DNA of 64,000 bases from Paramoeba atlantica (lineage: Eukaryota; Protista; Discosea). Position 1 is the first letter of the stretch; each line of letters opens with the position of its first letter. The notes beneath the pieces were generated by a model that searched no databases, was not told the origin of the DNA, and worked only from the letters and a program-made list of their open reading frames with translations. Below, piece after piece: positions 10,237 to 22,850 of this stretch. Location: the NCBI GenBank assembly GCA_977017575.1, contig CDRNVI010000193.1, positions 4,323 to 68,322 on the forward strand, in the 5' to 3' direction. A program made the position numbers and the translations under genes.

Positions 10237-11772
10237 TTGTTTATTCAGAGTATTGATGATGCTTTGAAGGAAAACCAGAGACTGCAGGAAAATTCTCATT
10301 GTGTGCTCCCAGGTTCTGAGTTTAAAATTTCTTTGAAAGAAGACACTCTGAAGTTTGTGCCACAGTATCCAATCTCTGAGAGATTGAAAGGAAAGGTTAT
10401 GGAGCAAGTGAACAAGTGGGTGAAAAAAGGATTTGTTAAGAAGTGAGACAAGGACAAGAAGAACTTGTGGAATTCCCCTCTTTTAGCAGTCCCTAAGAAG
10501 TCTGGTGGTCGGGTGGATCCTGATGATATCAGAGTTTGTTTGGATTTGAGAGCAGTAAATGCTTTAACAAAGGATCCAAGTAATATTTTGCCATCTTCTG
10601 CGGAATTGTTTGAACGTGTTTGGGGTGCAAAATATTTTACCAAAATCGATCTCACAGAGGCTTATCATCATATTGTGGTGTCAGAAAAGAGTCAGCCATT
10701 GTTGGGTTTTCTGGCACCTGATAAGAGTCAGTATGTGTATGTGAGGATGCCATTTGGGCCAAAAGGTGCGGTTATGCATTTTCAAGTCCAAGGAGAACGA
10801 GTTATTGGTGTTTCAGATGAAGCTGCAAGTTATTTGGATAATTTTCTAGTTTTTTCTAAAGAGCTGGAAAATCATTCTAATGAAGCTCACAGAGTCATCC
10901 AAAAGTTGACAAGAGCAGGATTTCGGATTAAGATGAAGAAATCAAAATTCTACATGAAGAGGATTCAATTCATGGGTCATTTGATTGATGGTTTTACTCA
11001 AGAGATCAATTCATTCAAGAAAGAAATGGCTCAGAAGATGGTGAAACCTCAGACTGGAAAGCAAGTTGAAAGTCTTCTTGGTTTTCTGAATTTTTTGAGG
11101 GATTTTGTCCCAAATTATGCAACTATTGCAGCTCTGTTGGACAAGTTGCAAAAGATGAGGCATCTTGGTAAGGCATGGGGCAAAGAGCAAGACAAGTCTT
11201 TTGATTTTTTCAAAGAGGTTATCTCAAATGCTCCGGTGTTGTCTCAGCCAGATTGGGATTGAGAATTTTGTATTGCAACTGATGTACCAAGTTGATGCAA
11301 ATGACAAGAAATATTATATTGTATTTGCATCAAAAACTCTTCAAGCAGGGCAACGAAATTATCCTGCACCGAAGAGGGAACTTTTGGCAATTATTTTTGC
11401 AATTAGGAAGTTCCATTCATATGTTTTTGGGCAGAAGTTTAGAGTGGAGATGGATCATAAGGCGCTTGTGTATTTGAATTCAAGTACAAAGTTTATGATT
11501 TTGGACTGGTTGGATTTTCTGTTGGATTACAACTTCTACATTGTTTATCAAAAAGGGATCCATAATGTTTTACCAGACTATCTCTCTTGATTGTATCAAG
11601 AAAAATACCCAGTTACAGATGATTCTACTAAACCAGCAATTGATGCTTGTGATGTTGCTGCACTTGAGTGTGAGGATGAGCCTGTTGAAGGAACTAAGAG
11701 ATATCTCGAAGAGTTTATTGGGAATGTACTTGGTAAGAAAGAGCTGGAGGAAGAAGAGAAACTGCCTTTGGG
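10237..11772 (+). pseudogene. pol: Gypsy-1 RT and RNase H
   Basis: PQYP, WNSPLLAVPK, YFTKIDL, RMPFG, YLDN, VFASKTL...YPAPKRELLAIIFAI...DHKAL. Confidence 0.9.
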
Positions 11773-12071
11773 GGTTGGCGCCCGTAGTTTAGTCATAAAT
11801 TTGACTATGTCCAACCCCAGGGGGGCAAGTTCAAATCCCAGTTTTTCGATATTATGGAAAATTTTTCTGGTGCTGTAGAGTGATTTGATTGGAGTGAGGA
11901 GCTCTTGAAGAAGTGTGAAAATCAGAACAGGTTACATCTCAGCCCTGTCTGCTAAAAAGTTGAGGATAAATTCCCTTGGAAGAAGCTTTGGATTATTCTC
12001 CCTTCTGATGTGCATCCTCCAGCCTGAACTTGCAGAAGTTCTAAAGTTCAGCATAAAGACCGACTGAACTA
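11773..12071 (+). mobile_element. SINE-1, 3'-truncated copy
   Basis: Matches the first ~300 nt of the reverse complement of 34007-34427; no tail and no TSD. Confidence 0.9.
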
Positions 12072-12072
12072 T

Positions 12073-12255
12073 ATCTATGAATTTGAGAAAATTTTAGATG
12101 ATCAGGGCAAAGATGGCAAGAAGGAGTATCTTGTCAAATGGAAATATTATGATGAGACATCTTGGCAACCTGCGAGTGATTTTTTGGCAGATGATGCAAT
12201 TCAAGAATACAATGCAAAGCGGAGAAAATCGACATGGCATGTAAAGAAGAAATAA
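12073..12255 (+). pseudogene. Gypsy-1 C-terminal chromodomain
   Basis: Manual translation IYEFEKILDDQGKDGKKEYLVKWKYYDETSWQPASDFLADDAIQEY matches the chromodomain pattern Y-E-x-E-K-I-L...Y-L-V-K-W...W. Confidence 0.9.
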
Positions 12256-12361
12256 GGAACTATTTCTGTTGTGATGCTTGTTGTGTTGGTTGTTTTGTTC
12301 TTTGTGTTTTGTTTTGTTTTATTGTGTATTGTGAATTGTGAGCAAGTGCACTTGCGGGGGG

Positions 12362-12668
12362 TGTTGGGTTGTCATAGTTGGTTTTGTTGACTTTGTCATT
12401 TTGTTGGTGAGTGGAAACACTGAACTGTTTTGTGTGTGTTTTCTGATTGTGAATAATTGTAAATTATTTGTTGCCCTTTTTTGTACAAAAAAGGTTTTGT
12501 TCTTTGGACCCATTTGTGGGTGAAAGAGTATAAACTTTCTTTTGTTCTTTTTGGCTTTTGGAATGCATTTGATAAAAGACATTGAACCAAGCTTGTTCTT
12601 TCTTTGTTCTTTGTTCTTGTTCTCTGTTCTTGTCTCTATCTCCATACTATTCCGTAGAGGACTCAACT
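12362..12668 (+). repeat. Gypsy-1 3' LTR
   Basis: Preceded by a G-rich PPT; repeat of 7880-8186. Confidence 0.95.
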
Positions 12669-14652
12669 TGATCCCTTCAAGCTTTAAGGACCATGCAATG
12701 ATTGTAGGTGGAACTAGTATCAAAGAATGGGAGTTGAAATCTAACAAGAAGAGAATCCCTGAATACTTCATTAAAGATTCTAAATTTATTAATGCCCTCA
12801 TTAATGAAGTTGGGGACTATGTGAAAGGTGATCCTGTCAGTTGTCTTATTAAACTCAAGGAGAAGGTGTGGGAATTAGTTCTTCTGTGGAAAGACAAAGG
12901 GAAAGAAGCTCACCTCTTCAAAGAACTATGGAAACTCCAAACAATCATCAAACACCTTGCAAAGACCAGAATTTTAAGGAAAACTTCAGCCATACACTCT
13001 TTCTCTTTGTTGGAACTCAAACTCCTTCATACAGCTGTGATAGGATGGAATGGCTTTCAAGATAACAAGAAATGGAGAATCAAAGCTATTCCTAGAATGA
13101 TCAAAGCTGAGATGGAACAAACTGCAGTTCTTGAACAACAACTCAGAATTTTTGTAGATGAACACCCCTTGTGCCCTGGTCATAAATCTTCTCCCCATGT
13201 TAAAGGTGTAATTGTAGATGGAGTGATCTCTCATGATGATAATGTGGTTAACAAAGCAATTAAAGACTTTTGGGAGAGCCTTCTCAGTACAGAAAGACCA
13301 TATAACAAGGATTCTCTTGACAAACTGATTGCTGACCATCATCCTTGCTTTCCCCCAGTTGAGAGACATGATGTTGACAGGAAGAAAGTTGATAAACTTC
13401 TTCAGAGAACCAATAACACCAACACAGGACCCAATGGTATCCCTTTCTCTTTATATAAGGCAACACAAGAAAAGTATTTTGACATGTGGGTGGAATTAAT
13501 TCAACAAGCAGATGAGATTATGGAGTTCCCCCCCTCTTTTGGTGAGAGCCAACTCTGTTTGATTCCCAAAGTAGAGAATATTCCCCATCTTGACCAATTT
13601 TGACTAATCAGTGTTACCAATTCAGATTATTGGATTGTGATGAGATATTGGGCAAAATGGCTGATGGAGATTGCAAGTGGAGTAATTTCTAAAGAACAGC
13701 ATGCAATGTTTAAGGGGAGGTCAATTGACAAAGCAGTGGAATCAGTGTATGACTCTTTTTACAAAGCTCTGGCAGAAGGGAAAGATGTGACCCTCCTCCA
13801 AACAAACTTTTGCAAGACATATGATTATATGAATTGTGATGCACTTCTTTATATTCTCAAAGGTTTGAACGCCCCCCCCTCAAGCAATTTATGTTGTTGA
13901 GAAGGTGCTTTGAGAATCTGTAACCTAGCTGTCAAATATTGGTGGATCCAAGAGGGGAGGCAACAATGAATCAATCCAAAGTCAAACTGGTGTCAGACAA
14001 GGATGCCTGATCTCCCCCCTTTTGTTTGTAATTGTGTTTGACATCCTCCTGGTGAGCTTAAAGAAGAAATACAACCCCCAAGACCTATCAGGCTTTATGG
14101 ATGACTTGGGGATGGTGATTTAGAAAGCTGAAACCATCAATTCTCTCACTCCAACCTTCAAGAAATATGAAGAAGCAACTGGAGCTAAACTGAACTTTAA
14201 TAAGTGCTTTGTCCTCTCAACTGAGTCTTTTAAACCTGTAGGCCCCTGGGCTGAGATGGCAAGATCCAATTACTGTGGTGATGAAACTGTATATCTGGGA
14301 GTGAGGTTGAGTAAACAGTTATCTCCTCTTAAGGATTGGGAGAAAGTGATTCTAAAGATGAAAAAAGTTGGAGCAGCAATCAAAAAAAGGAGTGGCAATT
14401 TTTGCTCAAGAGTAAGGATGGTCAATACCTATCTATTGGATGCAACTTCTAACCTTATTAAGATAAATCTGGTTTTATCGAAGTTGTTTGGACATTGTCA
14501 CATCCTCCTGAAACATTGCAATGCAACCACCTATTCCATTGTTGCTTGTTTGTGCAACCTTGTTTGTCACAAATAAAGTTTATTCTCATTTTCCTCTCTA
14601 AACCCTTGTGCCTTACATCAGTTTTATTATTTTCCCTGTTTCACCTCCAACA

Positions 14653-14690
14653 GATTAAGAGTCTCTGTAGCTTTATCCATGACTGAACTC
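14653..14690 (+). promoter_or_regulatory. Copia-1 primer-binding site complementary to the tRNA-Lys(CUU) anticodon arm
   Basis: GATTAAGAGTCTC directly after the LTR is the reverse complement of GAGACTCTTAATC, the anticodon arm of canonical eukaryotic tRNA-Lys(CUU). Confidence 0.75.
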
Positions 14691-16204
14691 ATGTATGGAT
14701 TTAATGGCTGGGAAATCACTCAAGACTGAGAAGAATTGTCGATCAATCAGGCAAGAAGAAATGAACACAATTTCTCACTCTGCCAAGAAGTGCGATGTGA
14801 CACACATGAGAGGGGAGTGTGCTAAATGATGATCGAAGCATCGGAATGAAGTCCTTGCACCATTGATTGGGTCTGATCAACCTGCTGATGTTCCAGAAAG
14901 GAACTCATATGTGATGCCCAAGTCACAGCTGCCCACTGAGAAGGAAAAGGATAATGAGAACTGGATGGATAGTATCCAATTGGATGACACACCACTCTTC
15001 CAACCTCGTTCTTCAAATGCCTCTTGTTCTTCTACTTCTGCTCACCAGACTGCAACACCACTGACATCGAAGCCTCAGAGAGATCTCCCTGATCACTCTG
15101 ATCCTGATCCACCTGATTCCAATGATTCTTTTGGCTCTGACGATTATGGCAATTCCTCTGATGAATTTTCATCAGATGAAAATGAGATTGAGTTGTACCC
15201 TCAAAAAGTCCACAAAGACCTGATGAAGGTGCAATACCCCTTTGATGGAACCAAGAAGAAGTATCAGAAATGGAAGGATGACATCACAAATCATTTGGAT
15301 TCATATGGTTTAGTGAAGTATCTACTCATCCCAGTTCCTCAAGTCCACTGCATGTGATCAGCAATGCATTTTAATGCAAAGAAGGTCTCTGTCTGCAGTG
15401 GAACACAAAACTTAAGATTGCTGTGCCCTTTTACAAGCATAAGCCCCACTGTGTTTAGCTCAAGTTGGAAAATGAGTACAACAAGAAAACAATGGCATCT
15501 TTGCTGGATCTCATGAACAAGTTGATGACTTTGAAAAAGAAGGAGAATGAAACTGTCAATGATTATGTATCCCAAGGTATGGCCCTCACCATAGAATCTG
15601 CTGAGAATAATGAACCTGTTTCAGAACACTGTATGATGGCTCTTCTTCTTTGAGGCCTTGGTCCTGAGTTCCAACCCATGGAGACACTCAAATATCAGAA
15701 AGATTTATCTTTCAAGGATTTGGTCGATAGTTTGGTACACTTTGAAGAAAAAGTCCTATCTAAATATGGCAAGGAATCCGGTTTTGGATTCCCACCACAT
15801 GTTGGTTTGTTGGCTGAAGCGAAGGAGGAGAAACATTGGAGAACTGAAAAGAAATTCAAACCTGGTGATTGATGTCCTGATGGTTCAACTGTTCATTAAG
15901 ATCATTGCCATTGGTGTGGGGTGACTGGTCACTGGAAGGATGAATGTTGAAGAAAGAAGCAAGGAAAGCCCCAGACCTCTGTTGGTGAAACATTTCTTGC
16001 ACAATTTGCAATGATTGGTGTCTGCAAAATGGCCTTCTACACCAAACCTTCCACTGAGGAGTTCCTTGAACCCTAACATGATCCAACATAATGCTGCTGG
16101 CCCTGGTGGATCAATAACCCAAGCAAACAGCTCTGCTTTACCTGTTGAGAAACGCAGAACTGGTTCAATCCTCACGGATGGAAGAGACTTAAGTTTAAGT
16201 CAAG

Positions 16205-19200
16205 TGTAAATAAGGAAATATCCAAATATGTAATATTCAAATATGTACATCACTTTATATAGAATCTCGACTCTGCAACTCACAATTTTGGTAAAATTGG
16301 TTGTCACCCACCAAGCGTCACCCCTCTTCCTTTTCATTCTCACTTTTCCCAAATCATTTGAATTCCCCAAGTGTTTTTCCTCAAACTCTCAAAACCCGAA
16401 ATAAACCACTATTTACATTGGTGACACCTGATTCGAATTATGATGACTGGTGAAGAAGCATTTGACTCTGCGAAGTTGATGGATGGATCAGAGCTACAGC
16501 CTGTTGAGATGGTGAAAGTGATCCAATTCCTTATGGAGCAAAATGAGAAATTGATGAGGCAGAACGAACATACTATGGCAAAGGAGATGGTCTGGAAGAC
16601 TTCATACAAGTCTCATGAGAGTCATCTCAAACTGGCTCTCAAGAATGTCGATTTCAAAGACCTGTTGCAAGTTACTCATTTCTGTGTTCAGGGTGAATGC
16701 AACTTGGAACAAGATGTTTGGCCCAACACACTTGAATTTGGAAGTCAAATCAAACTTGCAATAACTCTCCCCACTGGTAGTTGGAACTCCTTGGGACTGA
16801 AGAAGGATGCTGGATTGCCGAGAGATATATTACTTGCTCTGAATAGCTCTTTTGGGAGGCAGAATGCAGTCCTTTCAGACGAAAAGAAATTCAACATTTT
16901 TTGAGTTCCTGATGAGAAGGTAACAGAAGACAATTTTTGACTTGTCACCTCTGAGTATATCCATCTCTTCTTGAAGGCAAAAGATACTGAATTGGACAAA
17001 CCGGCTGTGAAGGAAGCAATGAGGGATTTTGGAAGAAGGTTTGAGAACCCAGCCTTTCAAGGAAAGTGGGACAAGTTGGCTGAGAAGGAAGAAGTCTGGA
17101 ATGAACTGGTCCAAAATTTCTTAGAAGATATTGAGTTCACCCAAATCACAGCGAATCCTCGGGGTCTGAACAAATTGTTTGTGAGGAAAACAGACGAATA
17201 CTAAAGGACAAAGGAAAGGCTGGGGAGGGGTCAAGAAAGATCCATTACCTACTTCCTTTGTTGGGGTAGTCATTCCCCCAAAAAATGTTTCATTCTGGAT
17301 GAATTGAAACAGGAAGCTGCTGACCGCCCTGGAAGGGAATACTGTCTTCTTCATGGAAGATGCGACCATAAGAGCCTGGAGTGCCTTTGGTTAAGTGTTG
17401 CAAAATTCATAACAGAAAGAAAAATCAAACTTGTGGGAGATCATCCCTGGAAGGAAGCTGTGACTCATTATGGTGAGTCTGCAGCTCGAAAATACAATTG
17501 TATGGAACCTGCTGACTGGAATAAGAAACTTCCAGGGAAAAGAGGAAGAGAAATCCCTCAAGAGAAGGAGAAAGAAAAGAAGAGAAAATTGGAGAATACT
17601 CTTCAAGATTTGGTGACTGGGAAAATGACTCTGGATGAGCTCAGAAATCAAGGAAATGGTTTGTCAATTTTTTCTGGGAGTAAAAAGGAATTTACTCATA
17701 ATATTGGGCAGCAGGACCACAAAGTGATGGTCAAGATGGGTGAAGAAGGCTTCACAATCTCTATTGGTGACTTAGTCAGAGACTTAAATCCTGAAATTTG
17801 CCAAATAAAAGACAAATTATTCACTATTCCTTGCATGGTTAATAATACCAATACACAAGCATTATGTAATTCTGGGGCTTGCAGGATAGATGTTGTAGCA
17901 AGAACATTCCTGAACAAAGCAATTCCCAAACTTTGGAGGCCTTACAGAGGGAATCACATCTCCTTGGCCAACAAATCATCAGTATTGCCAACTGAGGAAG
18001 TTCTCCTGGAGATTGACATCTCTGGGGGAAGAAGAAGGCACTGGTTTGTTGTACTTGATGATCTTTCATCAGATATCATCTTTGGAACTCCATTTTTGTC
18101 AAAAGTCGGTGCTGTTCTTGACTTTGATGAAGGACACATCGAATTCTGATGATTGATAAATAATGAGACAATTAGATATCCAGTAATCAGAGGCTGAAAT
18201 GGGGCATATGCTCAGGCACTCCTTCCCAATCCTGGAGAGATTGGAGAATTAAAAACAACTACACAAACAAGATTGGATCCAAGATCAATCTCAACAGTCA
18301 AGGTCAGACTGAAAAGCAAACCTATTCCAGATACAGATGGGTATGTGAAGGGAATCTCATGCCTTAATTCAAATTTAACTGTCATGCCAGGCCTGACACA
18401 TCTGAGATTTGATCATGTGAGACAAATATACATTGGCCAAATTGAGATTATGAATATTGGAAATACCTCATTCTCATTTGAAAAAGGGTCAACAGTTGCA
18501 AAACATATTTATATTACAGAGGAGGATGCAGAACAAACCATTGCAAAATCTCTTAACAAAAGACCAGTTGGTGAATATTTTGAACAATTGTCAAAAAAAC
18601 TTCACCAAAAGGGATCAGACAAAGGAATGTATAAAGACAAATTGGTCAATCCAGAACTACAGCCTCAAGAGGACTGCCATGGAATGGCAAAACACATGCA
18701 CAATCAAGGGAATCAGGAATTCTCAGGGGAAATAGCATTTTGTGCACAATGCTCTTTAGCAAATATTCTGTTGAGAGATGGTCAGAAAAATCTGGAAGAA
18801 GATGAAAAAATGATTCCAGAGGAATATGAGGAGTTTGCAAAGAAAACTGGCCTTACCCTTAGTGACCTCAATCTTGATCAGACAATTCAACTCTGTAAAC
18901 TCTTTGAGAAATACAAAGAAATGTGGAACATATCTAATGATGCTCCAATTATGCACACAGATGCAACTGAGTTTAGAATTGAACTCAATGACAAAAACCA
19001 AGAGCCTTTTAGACATACTTATCGAACAAAGGACATGGTTAAAAGGACAATTGAAGAAAAACAAATTCAAGAGATGGCTAAGAGAAGAGTCATCCGACCG
19101 TCAAATTCACCATATGCAAGCCCAATTATGTTGGTGGCAAAGGCAAATGGTAAAGTCCGATTCTGTGTGGATTACAGAGAATTAAATGAAAAGACTAAGA

Positions 19201-22200
19201 AATGGAGTTATCCAATACCAAAAATTAATGATGTGTTGTCATACCTGGGTGGATCCTCATACTTCTCAACATTGGATATGACTGAAGCATTTTGGTCAAT
19301 CCCAATTCAGGAGGAGGACAAGGAAAAAACGGCTTTTGCTTCACAGTTTGGGCTGTGGGAATGGAATTCAATGCCATTTGGATTAACAAATGCTCCGGCA
19401 ACACAGCAGCATTTCATGGATACAATATTTGCTGGCTTACAATGGCATATATGTGTCAACTATGTTGATGACATAGTTATTTTCTCAGAAACCTTTGAGG
19501 AACATGTTCAGTCACTAGAAAGAGTACTGGATAGATTAAAGAAAAATAAGTTGCGAATTAACCTAAACAAGGTGAAGCTTTGTCAAAGATCTTTCGCATT
19601 ACTTGGGTATACGGCAACAAAGGATGGAATCTTGGCTAATGACAAGAAAGTCAAGGCCATAAAACATTTTCCACAACCAGCTAATCAAAAGGAATTACAA
19701 TCATTCTTGGGATTAGTCAGTTGGTGCAGGAAATTCATCCACAATTGTTCCCAAAAAACATACCATCTTTGGGAAATACTCCTACAATCATCATTTGAAT
19801 GGACTAAAGAGGCAGATAATGAATTTTGGGAAATGAAGGAAACAATTGCAAAAATATCTATGCTTGTTCACCTGAATTTCAAGAAAACCTTTTACATTCA
19901 TGTGGATGCATCAAAAAAGGGTTATGGTGCAATTTTGACACAACACCCTGATGATCCTCTTGATAGACAGGCACCAAAAAGGTCAGGAATACCAAAAAAG
20001 CACGAAATAGTCACTTTTGCAAGCCTGGCTTTGCCAAAAACTCATACAAAATACACAAATTCAGAACGAGAATGTTATGGGGCCTACTGGACAATTAACA
20101 AGTTCAAAGAATTCATTATGGGAAGAAATGTGGTGATCTTCAGTGATCACCAGAGTCTGGTCAAATTGTGCAACTCTACAACAAACACATCAAGGAGTGA
20201 ACTTATTTGTGGATGGCTGCTGGAAATAGCCACAGTGGCAAATTGAATTTTACATCGACCTGGGAAAACACTGGTTATCCCTGACACACTTAGTCAAGCA
20301 CACCATGTATCATATCAAGATGAAGATATACAAACTCCACTTAAAGAAGTCCTGGAAAGACTTGGAGTTAGTAATGTTGAAAACAAAACAACACAAGAAC
20401 AAACAAAAATGGCAATATTAGGGCTCTGTTCTTTCTCAAAATCCTGTCATAGGGCAGATGAGTCCACTGGAGATGGAAATGAGTTATTGGCCAATATGGG
20501 TCAGCATGCAAATAGCATGGGTCAACTTGGCAGCCAATTTGCTCAAGGAAGGAGCAAGGGACTCTCTCAAGGACAATCTTTTGGGATAGCTGATGGGTCA
20601 ACTTCACATAAAGCGCTGGATGTAGTGATGGGTCAACTTCAGATGATTCCCAGCGGGACTGAGAGTGCTGATATTTCTGAGTCTTGAACAGATGAAGAAT
20701 TTGGGTCAAGCACACAACCAGGTGAACCTCTTAGAATTCACACAGTGCCTGAACATACTCTTCCAGTAGAAGAAGAAACAGAAAAATTATCAGAGACTGG
20801 TACTGGCCACACCAGATCTGAGAATCAGAATGATTCAGAAAATCAATGGGTCATAAAGGATCAAGAACATTACTGGAGAGGAGAACGAGCAATTGATGTT
20901 CGAGCTGAACAAATGAAGGATCAATTTTGCCACAGTATGAGAAATTTACTTCTGAATAGAGAAATACCTGAGTACAAGAAGAATGCTCAGAAATTGCTTG
21001 AAAAGAGGCAATATTACTGCCTCAATAAGGCAGGGACTCTTTGTCAGGTGGATATCCCAACAGAGATGGGTGAACCCCCAATTGTTTTACCAGACTCAAT
21101 GGTACTTGAGGTAGTAAAACATTTCCACGACTATCAAGGGCATAGGAAGTTTCAGAAACTTTATAAAACTATGCGGGATAAGTTTTGGTTTAAAGAAATG
21201 ACACAATATATCAGTGAATATTGTGAAATTTGTCAAAAAACAAAAACAACAAAATATATAAAACCACCAATGGGTTCAACACATGTTTGGTACCCAAATG
21301 TGACAATACATATCGACTCAACAAAAGGGATTGAGGGTAATATCAGAGGATATACCTATATTCTGTCAATTGTGGATGCTTTCACTGGATATTTGACACT
21401 TTTCCCATTGAAAGCTGTAAACACAAGAGAGATGGCCGAATGTCTCTTGAAATACGTCACAATTCATTCAATGCCACTTGAGATAGTGACTGATGGAGGC
21501 TCAGAGTTCAGAAAGGCACTCTTAAAAGAATTGACAAAAATTTGGGGCATACATCATACCAAAGTATCTCCTCACAATCATAAAGGAAATGGCAAGGTTG
21601 AAACAATCCATTCACCTGTCAAGAATATGATGAGAGCTTATATAAGAAAATATGAAAGAGACTGGGATTTGCTTCTTCTGATGGTGGAATTTGCTTACAA
21701 CACCCAAGTCCACTCAGTAACAAAACAAAAACGTTTTATGTTACAATTTGGTCGAATACCAACATACCCAATTGATATTATACTGGGAACATCAAATCCA
21801 GAACTGGTAAGCCCTGATGAATATGTGGCTAATGTAAGAGACAAAATGTCTGAAATCTTCAATCTTGTAAATGAAAAACAAAGAGAATCTGAAGAAAAAA
21901 GGGTTGATGATTATAACATTAATCAGAAAACTCAAATCTTATCAGCAGGGGATAGAGTCCTCCTCCTGAATCACACAACAAAGAAGAAATTTAACCGGAA
22001 ATTCAATTCAAGGACTCAGGATGATGTCCATAGAATTGAAGAGGTCTTGACACCTCAAACTTACAAAGTAAGAAACCTCAAAATGGGATATATTCTCCCA
22101 GCATCTGTTTATGGAAGTCAATTAAGACTTTACGATCAAAGGGTTGAAGAGGAAAAGGAACAAGACTCTCTGGAAGAGAAAGAGCTCCCACCAGGAGCCA

Positions 22201-22850
22201 GATGAAAAAGTCTGAGATATCAAATTGTTTCTGAAAGAATCTATGATGGATATCATCAATATCAAGTCCAAACCCAACCACCTGCTAGTCAAAAATGACA
22301 TGAGTGGTGGGATGAGGAAAACCTGAAAGGTACAAAGGAATTAAAAGAATACCTTGAGGCAAAGAATCCTCGAAAAAGCTATCAGTGGGCAGATCCACCA
22401 ACCTGAGGTTTTTTACCTTGGAAAAGGTTTCCTCAGAGAACACAAGTGGATTTTCCCTTGAAAAGGTTTTTTGTTATTTGAAATAACTTGATCTTCTGAT
22501 CACTACAAACAAACTGTGAGGAACTAACTTTTCGAATCAACTTCTCAAACGTTGAACAAATCTTTGGAGGAATGATAAACAACTTGCATTTCTTGATTCA
22601 AGCCAGGAGACTTGTCTTTTTTCTGCAAGGGGGGAGGTGTAAATAAGGAAATATCCAAATATGTAATATTCAAATATGTACATCACTTTATATAGAATCT
22701 CGACTCTGCAACTCGCAATTTTGGTGAAATTGGTTGTCACTTGCCAAGCATCACCCCTCTTCCTTTTCATTCTCACTTTTCCCAAATCATTTGAATTCCC
22801 CAAGTGTCTTTCCTCGAACTCTTGAAACCCGAAATAAACCACCATTTACA
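16205..22850 (+). mobile_element. Gypsy-2: Ty3/gypsy LTR retrotransposon inserted in the copia-1 protease
   Basis: 213-bp LTRs at 16205-16417 and 22638-22850 (TGTAAAT...ATTTACA); 4-bp TSD caag. PBS TGGTGACACC at 16419; PPT aaggggggagg. Removing it restores copia SQVLFVPNL. Confidence 0.95.
16440..22406 (+). pseudogene. pol: Gypsy-2 single-frame gag-pol (gag, PR, dUTPase-like segment, RT, RNase H, IN, chromodomain-like)
   Basis: ORFs at 16440, 16971, 17304, 18273, 20409 and 20745 are all in one frame, separated by point stops. LCNSGA, YASPIMLV, MPFGL, YVDD, HIDSTKG, VTDGGSEF, GKVE. Confidence 0.9.

Larger units (their letters stand above)
7880..12668 (+). mobile_element. Gypsy-1: Ty3/gypsy chromovirus-like LTR retrotransposon, integrase deleted
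   Basis: 307-bp LTRs at 7880-8186 and 12362-12668; TSD tgatc at 7875-7879 and 12669-12673. TGG-starting PBS at 8193; PPT gcgggggg before 12362. Two CCHC knuckles, RT (WNSPLL, RMPFG, YLDN), RNase H, chromodomain. Confidence 0.95.
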
